Part shown: positions 50,601 to 63,489 of the stretch, in pieces
Numbering within the stretch: the first letter of the stretch is position 1
How the letters are laid out: every line of letters starts with the position of its first letter
DNA from: Macrostomum lignano
Lineage: Eukaryota
Direction of reading: 5' to 3'
NCBI GenBank assembly: GCA_002269645.1
Contig: NIVC01001630.1
Location: 186,001-250,000, forward strand
Length of the DNA: 64,000 nucleotides
Program-made: the position numbers and the translations under genes
The notes under the pieces: model-generated
Database searches by the model: none
What the model was told of the DNA's origin: nothing
What the model saw: the letters and a program-made list of their open reading frames with translations, nothing else

Positions 50601-53184
50601 GGGTCAGCCTGTACTGTAGGGTTGTGGGGTCAGCCTGTACTGTAGGGTTGTAGGGTCAGCCTGTACTGTAGGATTGTGGGGTCAGCCTGTAGGGTTGTGG
50701 GGTCAGCCTGTACTGTAGGGTTGTGGGGTCAGCCTGTACTGTAGGGTTGTAGGGTCAGCCTGTACTGTAGGGTTGTGGGGTCAGCCTGTACTGTAGGGTT
50801 GTGTGGTCAGCCTGTACTGTAGGGTTGTAGGGTCAGCCTGTAGGGTTGTAGGGTCAGCCTGTAGGGTTGTAGGGTCAGCCTGTAGGGTTATAGGGTCAGC
50901 CTGTAGGGTTGTAGGGTCAGCCTGTAGGGTTGTAGGGTCAGCCTGTACTGTAGGGTTGTGGGGTCAGCCTGTACTGTACTGTACGGTTGTATGGAGGGTT
51001 GAAAGGTTCAGTTGTACGGTAGGGTTAAAGGGTTTAAAAATGTAGGTTTGTAAGTCTGATCCTTTGAGGCTTTAAGCCAGCAACTAACAAATTATAAGCT
51101 GTCACACTTACAGCCGTTTTTCTAGAAAAGATGAACTGATTTCTCCGATGCAGCCGAGGTCGCAACTCTTCGCCAATGCTTTGACTGAGCGACAACTGCC
51201 TGTTGAAAAGAAAATAATAGTTTATGAACTGTGTTGATTTTCTTGATTGGAATTTAAATAAATAACGTCAATTACGTTGTACGCTCGTAAAAAATTAGTT
51301 TGAAGACACATTTAAGATATGCATTCATATTGCAAGCCATTACTAGACCTGCTTATATCTCAGTCGGGTTTTTCGTAAAGCATTGCGTTTGTCAATAGGC
51401 CCAACCTATCATTTTTATGTAGGCTTTCAACTTTAGAATGCCAGTTTTCTAACTTAGCATTATTTGGTGAGGCGGTCCCGACGCAAAGAAAACGGCTTCT
51501 GGTGGCTGTTGACTTGCAAGAGAAGCCTCTGGTGGCTTTTGATTTGCAAGACGCCTCTGGTGGCTTTTGACTTGCAACAAATGCCTCTGGTGGCTTTTGA
51601 CTTGCAAGAAACGTCTCTGGTGGCTGTTGACTTGCAACAAATGCCTCTGGTGGATTTTGACTTGCAAGAAACGTCTCTGGTGTCTGTTGACTTGCAACAA
51701 ATGCCTCTGGTGGCTGTTGACTTGCAAGAGAAGCCTCTGGTGGCTGTTGACTTGCAACAAATGCCTCTGGTGGCTTTTGACTTGCAAGAGAAGCCTCTGG
51801 TGGCTTCTGACTTGCAAGAAACGTCTCTGGTGTCTGTTGACTTGCAAAAAATGCCTCTGGTGGCTTTTGACTTGCAACAAATGCATCTGGTGGCTTTTGA
51901 CTTGCAAAAAATGCCTCTGGTGGCTGTTGACTTGCAACAAATGCCTCTGGTGGCTTTTGACTTGCAAAAAATGCCTCTGGTGGCTGTTGACTTGCAACAA
52001 ATGCCTCTGGTGGCTGTTGACTTGCAACAAATGCCTCTGGTGGCTGTTGACTTGCAAGAGAAGCCTCTGGTGGCTTCTGACTTGCAAGAAACGTCTCTGG
52101 TGTCTGTTGACTTGCAAAAAATGCCTCTGGTGGCTTTTGACTTGCAACAAATGCATCTGGTGGCTTTTGACTTGCAAAAAATGCCTCTGGTGGTTGTTGA
52201 CTTGCAACAAATGCCTCTGGTGGCTGTTGACTTGCAACAAATGCCTCTGGTGGCTGTTGACTTGCAAGAGAAGCCTCTGGTGGCTTCTGACTTGCAAGAG
52301 AAGCCTCTGGTGGCTGTTGACTTGCAAGAGAAGCCTCTGGTGGCTGTTGACTTGCAAAAAATGCCTCTGGTGGCTGTTGACTTGCAACAAATGCCTCTGG
52401 TGGCTTTTGACTTGCAACAAATGCCTCGGGTGGCTTTTGACTTGCAAGAGAAGCCTCTGGTGGCTTTTGACTTGCAAGAAACGTCTCTGGTGTCTGTTGA
52501 CTTGCAAAAATGCCTCTGGTGGTTTTTGACTTGCAAGAAACGTCTCTGGTGGCTGTTGACTTGCAAGAGACGCCTCTGGTAGCTGTTGACTTGCAAGAAA
52601 CGGCGCTGGAGGCTCCCGACCCCAAGGAAACGACTTGGATGGCTGTTGACTCCACAGAATAGTTGACTCAGCGTTTAAAGCCTGGCCAATTAAATGACGG
52701 CCATAGACCATTAGCTGGGCAATGCCGTGGATTACGAGGTGAACGTGCTTTGTACTCGCTGGCTTTGCACTGGATTAGAGACTTTTTGGCCATATAAATA
52801 GACGTTCACATCCGGGCGTTGGAACCTCGCGTTTCAACTCGTGTGAGCTGACTGCAACTGCAGCTGTAGTTTCGAAAACTGAGCCATGAAGAAACATACG
52901 AATCGAAATCGGACCAAACACATGCTTTTCATTTGTTTCATGGTTCAAAACGCAGTACATAAAACGCATCGGATACTGTATTTTCTCGAGAGAGGTATAA
53001 GCCTTCAAAATTGCATTTTTTCAAAGAAATTAAACAAACTCAACCGTTCAAATGCTGAAAAGTCTTCAACGCCTTCCTGACTCTGCAGAGTTGGTGAAGT
53101 GTTGAACGTCGCAACAGAAGCAGCAGAGGCAGCAGCGGCAGCAGCAGGAACTTCCTTGTCAGCTGGACCAGAAGTGGCGGCCAT
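37058..53184 (-). CDS. PLEKHG5: DH-PH Rho guanine nucleotide exchange factor, PLEKHG5-like
   Basis: Exons 53045-53184, 51112-51199, 50073-50489, (48263-48279?), 47802-47980, 46034-46276, 43521-43698, 42682-42739, 41324-41461, 41147-41245, 39908-40219, 39051-39224, 38621-38875, 38286-38421, 37058-37635. Motifs: LELEPSW, QQAAIWELLQTE, LLTMPLQRVMKYGLLLQEIL, CLLFTDLLLLAK, RPPLRLDRL, matching PLEKHG5-family DH/PH. N-terminal exon boundaries are less certain and the symbol is family-level. Confidence 0.85.
37686..38168. repeat. ~29-bp minisatellite (GCATCTCAGCAACTCCCCATTGAGCCATA/G)n
   Basis: Direct tandem repeat in the last RhoGEF intron. Confidence 0.93.
39355..39805. repeat. 23-bp minisatellite (AATGGCGCCAAATGTTGGGATGG)n
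   Basis: Direct tandem repeat. Confidence 0.93.
40243..40470. repeat. 12-bp minisatellite (TCTCAGTGTGTG)n
   Basis: Direct tandem repeat. Confidence 0.93.
40843..41095. repeat. 16-18-bp minisatellite (GAGAAGTAGAGTGGGA)n
   Basis: Direct tandem repeat. Confidence 0.93.
41625..42392. repeat. 16/22-bp minisatellite (GGACACAACCTCACTC)n
   Basis: Direct tandem repeat with a 6-bp AACCTC insertion variant. Confidence 0.95.
42790..43322. repeat. 38-bp GA-rich minisatellite
   Basis: CGGAGGTGAG recurs at 38-bp spacing. Confidence 0.92.
44175..44700. repeat. Two (GA)n-rich tracts flanking a short unique insert
   Basis: Direct observation; GAGAGAGATGAAAGAGAGRTATGAGAGATATGAGA block occurs on both sides of the insert. 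Confidence 0.9.
44508..44545 (-). ncRNA. Minimal type-I hammerhead ribozyme motif (Penelope-like), probably inactive
   Basis: Minus strand GGC-CTGACGA-A-GAGCC-CAGA-GGCTT-GAAA-CCGG-T-G-GCC: CUGANGA and GAAA cores, 5-bp stem II, palindromic ACCGGT stem III, 3-bp stem I; cleavage triplet GUG instead of NUH. Confidence 0.7.
45419..45940 (+). repeat. 12-bp minisatellite (ATGAGTGAGTTC)n, family copy 2
   Basis: Direct tandem repeat. Confidence 0.95.
46420..47630. repeat. 15-bp minisatellite (TGTCAGGAATATGGG)n with ~190-bp higher-order block
   Basis: Direct tandem repeat; near-identical ORF translations start 190 bp apart (46745, 46935, 47125). Confidence 0.94.
48540..49995. repeat. ~36-bp minisatellite (GGTGCAGTGAGGGAGAGGGTGTGTGGGGCAGAGAAT)n
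   Basis: Direct tandem repeat. Confidence 0.96.
50510..50990. repeat. 26/21-bp minisatellite (AGGGTTGTGGGGTCAGCCTGTACTGT)n
   Basis: Direct tandem repeat. Confidence 0.95.
51495..52655. repeat. 30-bp minisatellite (GACTTGCAACAAATGCCTCTGGTGGCTGTT)n
   Basis: Direct tandem repeat. Confidence 0.96.
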
Positions 53185-53849
53185 TTTAGTTCAACGGCCT
53201 ATTTAACTAAAAAAGGGGGTCAGAGAAATAATCAGATGGAGGCAGGGAGAGGAACAAAGCGTAGATGAAGGCCGACAGGAAGGCGTCCCGTGGTGTCCAA
53301 CACAGCGGACTGTCGCGAACGGCTGAACAGCAATCTCTCTTTCAGCTTTGTTACTTTGTGTTGCAGCAGTTTTCCTGTGCGAAACACAGAGAGCGGAATG
53401 GAATATCCAGATTTTTTAAGGGAAGGGAAACGCTGCGCCGGAACCTCTTCCTTCTTTGCCTCGTTCCCCCCGGTCCTGCCTACAGCTAACTTTCCCGTCG
53501 TCTCGAAAACTCGACGGTTCCTTGCAGCCCCAAGCGTCCATTAGCCCATACCGACCTTGGTTTTGGAGAGGCTGCTAAAAAGTGCATAGAAAACGCGTAG
53601 TCCTGTCAGCGCCCGTCGGCCTTTCATATTTCTGTTGGAGGCAATTCGAGCCATGCAATACCGCAGTTTTCCTCTCCCACTGCCTGTCTGTACGCTTTCC
53701 AATGGCATTCCAACCCGCTTCCCCAGCCAAATCGCATCTGCCGTGCGAATTTTTTGCCGACTGCATATGCGAAAATTCAACTCTTTTTTTGTTAGGGGCG
53801 AACAATTTGTGAGCTTTTGACTGCGCCTAACTGCACCTGCGCCCTGATA

Positions 53850-54255
<406 letters not shown>

Positions 54256-54529
54256 CTTACCTCATCAGCTCGATACAATATTCCGAAATCCGACTCCAAA
54301 ACGCCTCATTAGACTTTGATAACCGATCCCACTCTCGTCCCGCCTGGCTTTCCGCTGATGGGGCTGCGTGTTGATAAGTTTCTAAGCTCATTTTGCCGAA
54401 TCACCCACTGCATCGAATGTTTCCTAGGCAAAGGACATATGCTGCTATTTGATTTCTTATTGCCTCCTGTACCTATGTAAGAATTTCTATCCTTTTCAGA
54501 GGAAGTATCAGAGAAGCAGTAGGACTCGC

Positions 54530-55080
54530 TCACTCATGAACTCTCTCATGAACTCACTCATGAACTCACTCATGATCTCACTCATGAACTCACTCATGAA
54601 CTCGCTCATGAACTCTCTCATGAACTCACTCATGAACTCACTCATGATCTCACTCATGACCTCACTCATGAACTCACTCATGAACTCACTCATGAACTCA
54701 CTCATGAACTCGCTCATGAACTCTCTCATGAACTCACTCATGAACTCACTCATGAACTCACTCATGAACTCAATCATGAACTCACTCATGAACTCACTCA
54801 CGATCTCACTCATGACCTCACTCATGAACTCACTCATGAACTTACTCATGAACTCACTCATAAACTCACTCTTGATCTCACTCATGACCTCACTCATGAA
54901 CTCACTCATGAACTCACTCATGAACTCACTCATGAACTCACTCTTGATCTCACTCATGATCTCACTCATGACCTCACTCATGAACTCACTCATGAACTCA
55001 CTCATGAACTCACTCATGAACTCACTCATGAACTCACTAATGATCTCACTCATGAACTCACTTTTAAACTCGCTCATAAA
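54530..55080 (-). repeat. 12-bp minisatellite (ATGAGTGAGTTC)n, family copy 3 (reverse orientation)
   Basis: GAACTCACTCAT units on plus strand. Confidence 0.95.
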
Positions 55081-55518
55081 GAGACTCAAGAATTCTTGCG
55101 GGACCCAACCATGAGCTTTCTAAAGAAGTCATAAAATCACTTGAGAACTAGGAATTCTTTAGGACCCTTTACCTAAAGCAAGGCTTCACGCCCTCTAACA
55201 GGCATTGCCACAGTATTCAACCTGAGCTGAAGGCTTCTTTGATGTCAGGCGAGAATGCCGTCATCTTGAACTTTCTCAGTCGGGCTTGGGACTGAGTTGA
55301 CTTTACCTATTTGCCACAAAAAAATCTGGCATGAAAGTTGAAAGCAGAACGGAGCAATTCGGAAGCCTTCAAGTCTAAATCCACTAATTACAGTTTCTGG
55401 CCTACTCCCTAAGAAAATTGCCTCTCTCGTTCTTCAACCTGTCTTAAAGAAAGTTTTTTCTCAGTTGAAACAGATTGCAATATCCCTCATAAAGCATTGA
55501 TTTGCACTGAGATCCTCT

Positions 55519-56170
55519 GGAGCGACTTATTTACAACCTGAAGTGTGCATTGATAGTCCCTGAAGCGACTTATTTACAGCCTGAAGTGTGCATTGATAGT
55601 CCCTGAAGCGACTTATTTACAGCCTGAAGTGTGCATTGATAGTCCCTGAAGCGACTTATTTACAGCCTGAAGTGTGCATTGATAGTCCCTGAAGCGACTT
55701 ACTTACAGCCTGAAGTGTGCATTGATAGTCCCTGAAGCGACTTATTTACAGGCTGAAGTGTGCATTGATAGTCCCTGAAGTGACTTACTTACAGCCTGAA
55801 GTGTGCATCGATAGTCCCTGAAGTGACTTATTTACAGCCTAAAGTGTGCATTGATAGTCCCTGAAGCGACTTATTTACAGGCTGAAGTGTGCATTGATAG
55901 TCCCTGAAGTGACTTATTTACAGCCTAATGTGTGCATTGATAGTCCCTGAAGCGACTTACTTACAGCCTGAAGTGTGCATCGATAGTCCCTGAAGTGACT
56001 TATTTACAGCCTGAAGTGTGCATTGATAGTCCCTGAAGCGACTTATTTACAGCCTGAAGTGTGCACTGATAGTCCCTGAAGCGACTTATTTACAGCCTAA
56101 AGTGTACACTGATAGTCCCTGAAGCGACTTATTTACAGCCTGAAGTGTGCATTGATAGTCCCTGAAGCGA
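55519..56170. repeat. 43-bp minisatellite (GAAGCGACTTATTTACAGCCTGAAGTGTGCATTGATAGTCCCT)n
   Basis: Head-to-tail repeat, about 15 copies. Confidence 0.96.
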
Positions 56171-56651
56171 GTTCAGAGAATTTCAATGCACAAGCTAAAT
56201 ATCCAGCGTTCCTTTCAACTCGGAATCAAAAGTACATATTGTCCGAATTGAAATAAATTACTCTCAGACATGCCTAATACCCGTCATCGTTATGATGTTG
56301 GCGGTATAAGGCCTCCTTGACTAATCTCAGCCTCCACATGCCTTCGCTAGTTAGCATCACCTTTGACAGGATCTTCTCGCTGACGAAATGAAGAGGACGC
56401 AGACAGGAAGACAATTGCACCAAGGGAGTTAGGGAGGCAGGGAACCAGAACGAATGAGCGACTTTTCTGAAATGAAGGAAGATTATTGCCTTAGTGATTG
56501 CTGCTGCCGGCCAGCCCTCTCTCCCATGCAGCTTTTATGCACTTTGGCTATCACAGTAGACAAGAGGCTTATGGGCAAATCTTTTTGGCTAAGAGAGAAG
56601 TAGAGGCTGAATATGCGCAGAGAATCTATAATATCATGGTTGAACTGCCTG

Positions 56652-56918
<267 letters not shown>

Positions 56919-57289
56919 GAAAGATGATATTAGAGCATTAAACCATACAACAGACTCACCAGCAAACTTCAGATTTGTGGCACAGCCAGTTTCCAGTTTC
57001 CAGTTTCCACTAATCTTGCATACAATAATCGTTAGTAAAACAGCCTTATTTTTATTTAGCTTAGTTTAGTTTGCAACAAGCTGACAAACTGGATGGGGCC
57101 GATGGAAAATGGATAGTTGAGCACATTGCAGCATCTGAGCCAATTGTAGGCATGGGGTTCAAGCTTCACTCACTGTCCAATCGTGTGAATCCCGTTTCTG
57201 AGAGTCATGCACTTTTACTTTGTATACTCCTGATGGATTCTTGGCAACCCACAAACTGATTGCATTTCAAGCGTCTATGCAGAGAAAGG

Positions 57290-58015
57290 ATAGAAAGAGG
57301 GATAGAGGGGAGAATAAAAGAAGGAGAGAGAGGGAGGAGAGAGGGGAGGAGAGAGGGGAGGAGAGATCGGAGGAGAGAGGGGAGGAGAGATCGGAGGAGA
57401 GAGGGGAGGAGAGATCGGAGGAGAGAGGGGAGGAGAGAGGGGAGGAGAGAGGGGAGGAGAGAGGGGAGGAGAGAGGGGAGGAGAGAGGGGAGGAGAGATC
57501 GGAGGAGAGAGGGGAGGAGAGAGGGGAGGAGAGAGGGGAGGAGAGAGGGAGGAGAGAGGGAGGAGAGAGGGGAGGAGAGAGGGAGGAGAGAGGGGAGGAG
57601 AGAGGGGAGGAGAGATCGGAGGAGAGAGGGGAGGAGAGAGGGAAGGAGAGAGGGAGGAGAGAGGGGAGGAGAGAGGGGAGGAGAGAGGGGAGGAGAGAGG
57701 GGAGGAGAGATCGGAGGAGAGAGGGGAGGAGAGAGGGGAGGAGAGAGGGAGGAGAGAGGGGAGGAGAGAGGGGAGAGAGAGGGGAGGAGAGAGGGGAGGA
57801 GAGAGGGGAGGAGAGAGGGGAGGAGAGAGGGGAGGAGAGAGGGGAGGAGAGAGGGGAGGAGAGAGGGGAGGAGAGAGGGGAGGAGAGATCGGAGGAGAGA
57901 GGGGAGGAGAGAGGGGAGGAGAGAGGGAGGGGAGAGAGGGAAGGAGAGAGGGAAGTGAGAGGGCGGAGAGACGGGAGAAGGCGGGAGGAGAGAGGAGAGA
58001 AGGCGGGAGGAGAGA
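57290..58015. repeat. GA-rich 12-bp minisatellite (GGAGGAGAGAGG)n
   Basis: Direct observation. Confidence 0.94.
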
Positions 58016-59504
58016 ATCAGGGAAGTCTTACTCAAGGTAAATCCAGATATTTAACACACGCCGAGTAAACAGTGCAAGATTGCACGCTAACGCGGAGAAC
58101 GATGGCATGCTAGAGAAAATTGGCTTGCAAAAAGACGGAGCACAGTAGTCTGCATCACTCCGCTTCATCTTTCAATGATTGAGCAGCGAATCTAAGCTGC
58201 GACTTTTGAGTCAAGGCTGCAGCACACATATGCCTCATCAATAAGGGAGTCTGGGAAATGGCAGTTCCTCATAGGAACAGCCCCTGACGTTATTTAGGCA
58301 GGCTGATCGGGTCTGACGCATTCCCCCGTGAAGTCGTGAGAATTAAGATCCTCCCACCGATCCCAAAATTCTGCAGAGAATCATCCTCAAGTCTGTTTGG
58401 TTTTACAGATCCATGCACTTTTACTCCTAAGCTTAGAGGATTAATGCGCAGCCCAAAGTTTAGAAAACGCTCCTAGTTTCCTATCCTATCTGGGAAAATC
58501 CTGCTGACTCTACAGAACTATTGCTCCTCTTTGTGTTTCTTTCGCTTTTTTGAGCTGATGCTGCAACGCCTCTCTCCTTGGCTACATGTTAAATAATTAC
58601 TGAAGCTGAATGCTAGCATGTTAGAGGTTCTACCGCTGCTCCAGTTTAGCATATAAGCCTTCTCTAAATCCATCTAATGTACATTTAATGCATGATGTCC
58701 CCAGAAAACTCAAAAAGAAGTTTAATTCAGCAAGCCAAGTACTCTGGTGCAAAACCGGCTACTCTGCCCATTTCGCTGACTCCTGAGAGAACATACACTG
58801 TATCCTCATACTCGTACACATCCTAAAACATAATATCAACAGCGTGTATCAAGCACCATGTACATGTACATGTAACAGTAGAATGTATTTTACATTACTT
58901 ATACATTGCTTCAACAAATATAAGTAATGCAAGCCAAAGTCCAAGTCCAAACAAGCTTTTGTAGTCAATTCTAACATCTACTTAAATAATAAAGACCGAT
59001 ATGTACTCGCTAATTTGCATCATTTACTGATCACTATGTGTGCAATGTTTCGGTATAGCTAGTGTATACTTTTTTTATGTTCTGTAACGTGAAAGCTTAA
59101 AAACGACTAGTTTTATTTCGAAGAGAAGGCTAAATTTTTTAGAAAGAAATATTTAGATTGTTGAAGGTGTGTAAGTTTTATTTTTTTAGATTAGGTTGGA
59201 TGGTCGAATCTTTATAAATTATTTCATATTTTAGGGCTTAGAAAGTCCGGCTTTTTCAAATTTGCTTTTGAACATTTAAACAAAAAAAAAGTTTAACTAA
59301 CAGGTTCTTTTAACTTCCTTTTTTAAATATAGAATACACATTTAAAATATGCTTCTTATACATAAAAATATATAAAAAAGAAGGGCTTTTAAGTTGTTTT
59401 TGAGGCGTTAGGATCCTTTTAACTTTACAATATCATTTTTTATTCATTACTTGCATTCCGCATTGTAATTCACTGCTAGCTATGCTTAGACTTACCCGAA
59501 TGTA

Positions 59505-62500
59505 ATGTCTCACCGAAGACCAAGTTATGACGACGAAGAATTGAAAGGATCAGTCGACTTTGACTTCTTTTCTGATGGCCCAGAGAGCTCGAGAAAAGCA
59601 GAGTGAGTAATAGTTAACTTTTAACCAATTCTTTTCCTACAGCCACGAGCCACTGAGCCTGACCTGAGCCGAGCCACAGGGATCCAGTGCTTTTTATTTG
59701 TGATGATATAGCTTTTGTTAAGGCTACAGGGTTTTTAATATAATTTTTCTACTTTATAACCAGTAATTTAATTTTGGAGTTCAATCACTTCATGGAAAAA
59801 AAATACTAAAATCGTAAATCTTTGACCTTGCACTTCAAATATATCTTGACTATAAAGATCATGGGGTTGGGTTTTCTTCGTTTTTAATTTTCACGTACCT
59901 ATTAAAGCCTATGCCTATAAACGCAAAAAATTAAGTACGTAAGCAAAAGCAACCATTTGAAGGCATTAATATTTAAAACATGAAATAGCTCAAGTTAAAG
60001 TACACTATAGTTATATGAATAATTGAATGAACCCTAATCGCCACACTGCCTCGTAATATAAATCTTATAATTTAAATAATAGAATCAAATAGAACAATAA
60101 ATAATTTTTTCTTTTTGCAAGAGTTGTTAATACTGTTAACAATTAAATTATTGTTATTGCAAAAATAGCAAACAGATCCAACAAAACCAACTGATGCTAT
60201 AGCTATGTAAGCATAAAATGTCAATAGTATTTTCTAAATATTTATTTCTATAAATGCTTATATGGTCAATTCAAAACCTTTAAATAAAAAGTCAAAATTA
60301 AGTTGTATCTTTATCATTTAGAGCAGCTCAAAATAAATGCTTTGTTAATTTTTAGATTTATCTAATAGTAAACATAAATGAAACTAACTATAAATCTAGG
60401 GTTTATATGTGACTGCATAGCAAGCACCAATGACTTTGTATATCAGCTATTTTTGCTTGCTTGCTCCAGCTCCACTGAAGGAAAGTTTTTCAATAAGGTT
60501 TTTACATGTATAAAATAAAGAATTTCAACTAGCAAATTTTTATTGATCTATTTTTTACCAATTAATATATTCAATATTTAAAGTAAAATTTAATAAAATC
60601 TATAAATTATTGACAAATCTTTGCTAAACTTTTTACAAAAATTTCAGGTGTTTTTGATGATGATTTTTGGTAAAGTATACTGCTTTATGGGGGGTATTTA
60701 CAACAGTTTATAGCAAAGCATGCATTCAATATTCATACAAATCACAAAAAACTTCAGTGACTTTCTTAGCAAGGGCTGGCAGGATCATCAGGGCAAATGA
60801 TTCATGTTAGAATCATAGACAGTATGCTTAAAACTCTCAGCACACTTTGCTGCATGCATAACTGCATTACAAAATTAATTATTAATTCTCACCCAGAGAA
60901 ACCCAATCAAAAGTCAGCCCATCAGTGCCATGCTATTGTTAGCTGCATATTTAATGGAGTTGCGGCCCAGTACATAACCTAAATGCTCAGAAAGTTGGCA
61001 TAGTTCATAGCGAGGAGCCAGTGCCAATACAATACTAAAACCTTTCTAAGCTTGTCTGCAGAATATATAATTATTGACTAAAATAATATGAGTGATAATT
61101 CAAGAGAAAATTGCGAGTAAGTTCACTGTTTCTCAAGCACTTAAAATTAGCCTTGTTCATTGACTGTTCAAAGATGAGGTACTTTAATTTATGATATTTT
61201 ATGCAGTTGTTTCACTTTTTTTGCACACGTGGAGTTAATGGGTTCCATTGTCACAGTTTTGTTTCATGCTGTCCAGCTCTCTATCCCACTTCCACCCACC
61301 TCCCCTCCATTCTCTACTCCTCTTCCACCCATCTCTATTCTCTCTACTCCTCTCCCACCCACCTCCATTCTCTCTACCCCACTTCCACCCACCTCCCCTC
61401 CATTCTCTCTACCCCACTTCCACCCACCTCCATTCTCTCTACCCCACTTCCACCCACCTCCATTCTCTCTACCCCTCTTTCACCCACATCCATTCTCTCT
61501 ACCCCTCTTCTACCCATGTCCGCTTCATTCTCTGCCCCTTCCACCCACCTCCCTCTATTCTCTCTGCCCCTTCCACCCACCTCCCTCTATTCTCTCTGCC
61601 CCTTCCACCCACCTCCCTCTATTCTCTCTGCCCCTTCCACCCACCTCCCTCTATTCTCTCTGCCCCTTACACCCACCTCGCTCTATTCTCTCTGCCCCTT
61701 ACACCCACCTCCCTCTATTCTCTCTGCCCCTTCCACCCACCTCCCTCTATTCTCTCTGCCCCTTCCACCCACCTCCCTCTATTCTCTCTGCCCCTTCCAC
61801 CCACCTCCCTCTATTCTCTCTGCCCCTTACACCCACCTCCCTCTATTCTCTCTGCCCCTTACACCCACCTCCCTCTATTCTCTCTGCCCCTTCCACCCAC
61901 CTCCCTCTATTCTCTCTGCCCCTTACACCCACCTCCTTCCATTCTCTCCACCCCTCCTCCACCCACCTTCCTCCGTTCTCTCTACCCACTCTTCCACCCA
62001 ACTCTACACATTGTCCACCCTTCACTCCTTCAGATTTCCTTCAGATCAGATGTAGAAAAGCAAGCTCACAATATTCATTGTTTTTTACCTGTAACTGTAG
62101 TCCTTAAATAGAAAGCATTAAAAACAGTCGCATTGCATTGCTGACAATACTACAGGAACGATGCCCAGGCAAGCGCCAGGAGCGCCGGCAGTCGACGAAG
62201 TCCGTCGAACAATCTAGACGATTCGAATCGTCAAAGTCCGAGCCCCACGCCGCGGCAGGTAAAGAAGGCCAAAGATTCGCCCGAAAACTCTTCGCCTGAA
62301 CGGAGTCCCCGTCGTCTATCTCGGTCTCCCTCGCCGCCAACGTCCAGACGAAGAAGTCGCAGTCGGGACAGTCGCAGCGGCAGCGACAGGGATCAGGATG
62401 AGGACGAGACCAAGCGAAGCTCGTCACCGCGGCGTCGTCAAATCCGCAGCCGGAGCGCTTCGAAGTCGTCGAGAAGTCGCAGCTCTTCTTCTGGAAGAAA

Positions 62501-63456
62501 CCGGAAACGAGGCAGCAGTCGCAGCCGCAGCAACAGCAGCAGCGCCAGCGATGTCACCGACGTCAGCCCGCTGTCCTCGCCAAGAGGCCACGACAGTCCG
62601 CGAGCCGCTGCCATGGGCGACGCCGCCGATTTGTCCGCCCGGAAGCCGCCGCGCGTTGCCGCTGGTCACCAAGGCGGAGCAGAGGATCGCGATGAGGACC
62701 GAATCAACATGGAGACCATCGTGCGAGCGCTGGTCGAACTGGACAAGCGGAGGGGCCAGTCAGCCGGGCCACAGAGATCCGGTACGGGCTCTGCATCCAG
62801 ACGGTCACCGAGCCCCCTAGGGGATTAAGGGGCTGACGGGGTCACTGAGTCCCCTAGGAGATTAAGGGGCTGACGGTGTCACTGAGTCCTCTTGGGGATT
62901 AAGGGTGTGACGTGGGGAGAGGGGGCGTAGCGCTCGATTTTAAGTGAAGTCATCACAATTGACGGCCTTGAGGGCCAACCCCCAAGGCGCAGTGAAGTGT
63001 ACATGCCTAACGATAAATAAAGTTAGGGCCGCTGTACACTCCTGTGTGAGTGTGTGCCTGTGCGTATGACTGCGTACGTATCCGCGCGCTTGTGTGCCTG
63101 CTCAGGGGAGTCGGCGGAATGGGCAGCAATGCCTCTCGCCGGTTGTGTGACAATGTCGCTTGATGTGCGCCAGGGTGCACACAGCCTTCTGGATGTAATA
63201 AAAAGGTCTGACAGGTCACTGAATCACTGATTGACGGGTCACCCATAACCCCCATCCGACAGGCCTTCACAGCGGCACCCAGTCTATGAGCAGAATTCAC
63301 GACATCGAGGCTGAGAACCAGCGACTGCTGTACAACCTTATGCGGACTAAGAACCGGGCTAAGAAACCAAACAATATTGATCCACCGGTGAAGAGGCCGC
63401 ACCATTCCACTGTCAACCGGCAGAAGGAACAGAGGCGCATTGAGGAGGAGAATAGA
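59505..63456 (+). CDS. CFAP97: Cilia- and flagella-associated protein 97 (KIAA1430 family), 5' partial
   Basis: Exons 59505-59602, 62156-62781, 63263-63456, phase-consistent. Motifs ELKGSVDFDFFSD, SDVTDVSPLSSP, INMETIVRALVELDK, IEAENQRLL...STVNRQKEQRRIEEEN match recalled CFAP97 family motifs. Continues beyond the window. Confidence 0.85.
61280..62000. repeat. 32-bp pyrimidine-rich minisatellite
   Basis: TCTCTCTGCCCCTTCCACCCACCTCCCTCTAT units. Confidence 0.94.
62805..62910. repeat. 37-bp tandem repeat x3
   Basis: GATTAAGGG recurs at 37-bp spacing. Confidence 0.88.
62998..63126 (+). mobile_element. Second copy of the dispersed repeat seen at 6548-6755
   Basis: 80/81 nt identity over 63046-63126 versus 6560-6640. 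Confidence 0.65.
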
Positions 63457-63489
63457 GTGAGTTTTTTAACTCTGGGAGTTTAATTGCAA

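Noticed and set aside
46321-52711. DTHIP, SAPHTLSL and SQQPPEAF ORFs as mucin or adhesive proteins
   Set aside because: Intronic satellites of the RhoGEF gene, open in multiple frames.
55519-56170. 43-bp repeat as a CRISPR array
   Set aside because: Head-to-tail units without spacers.
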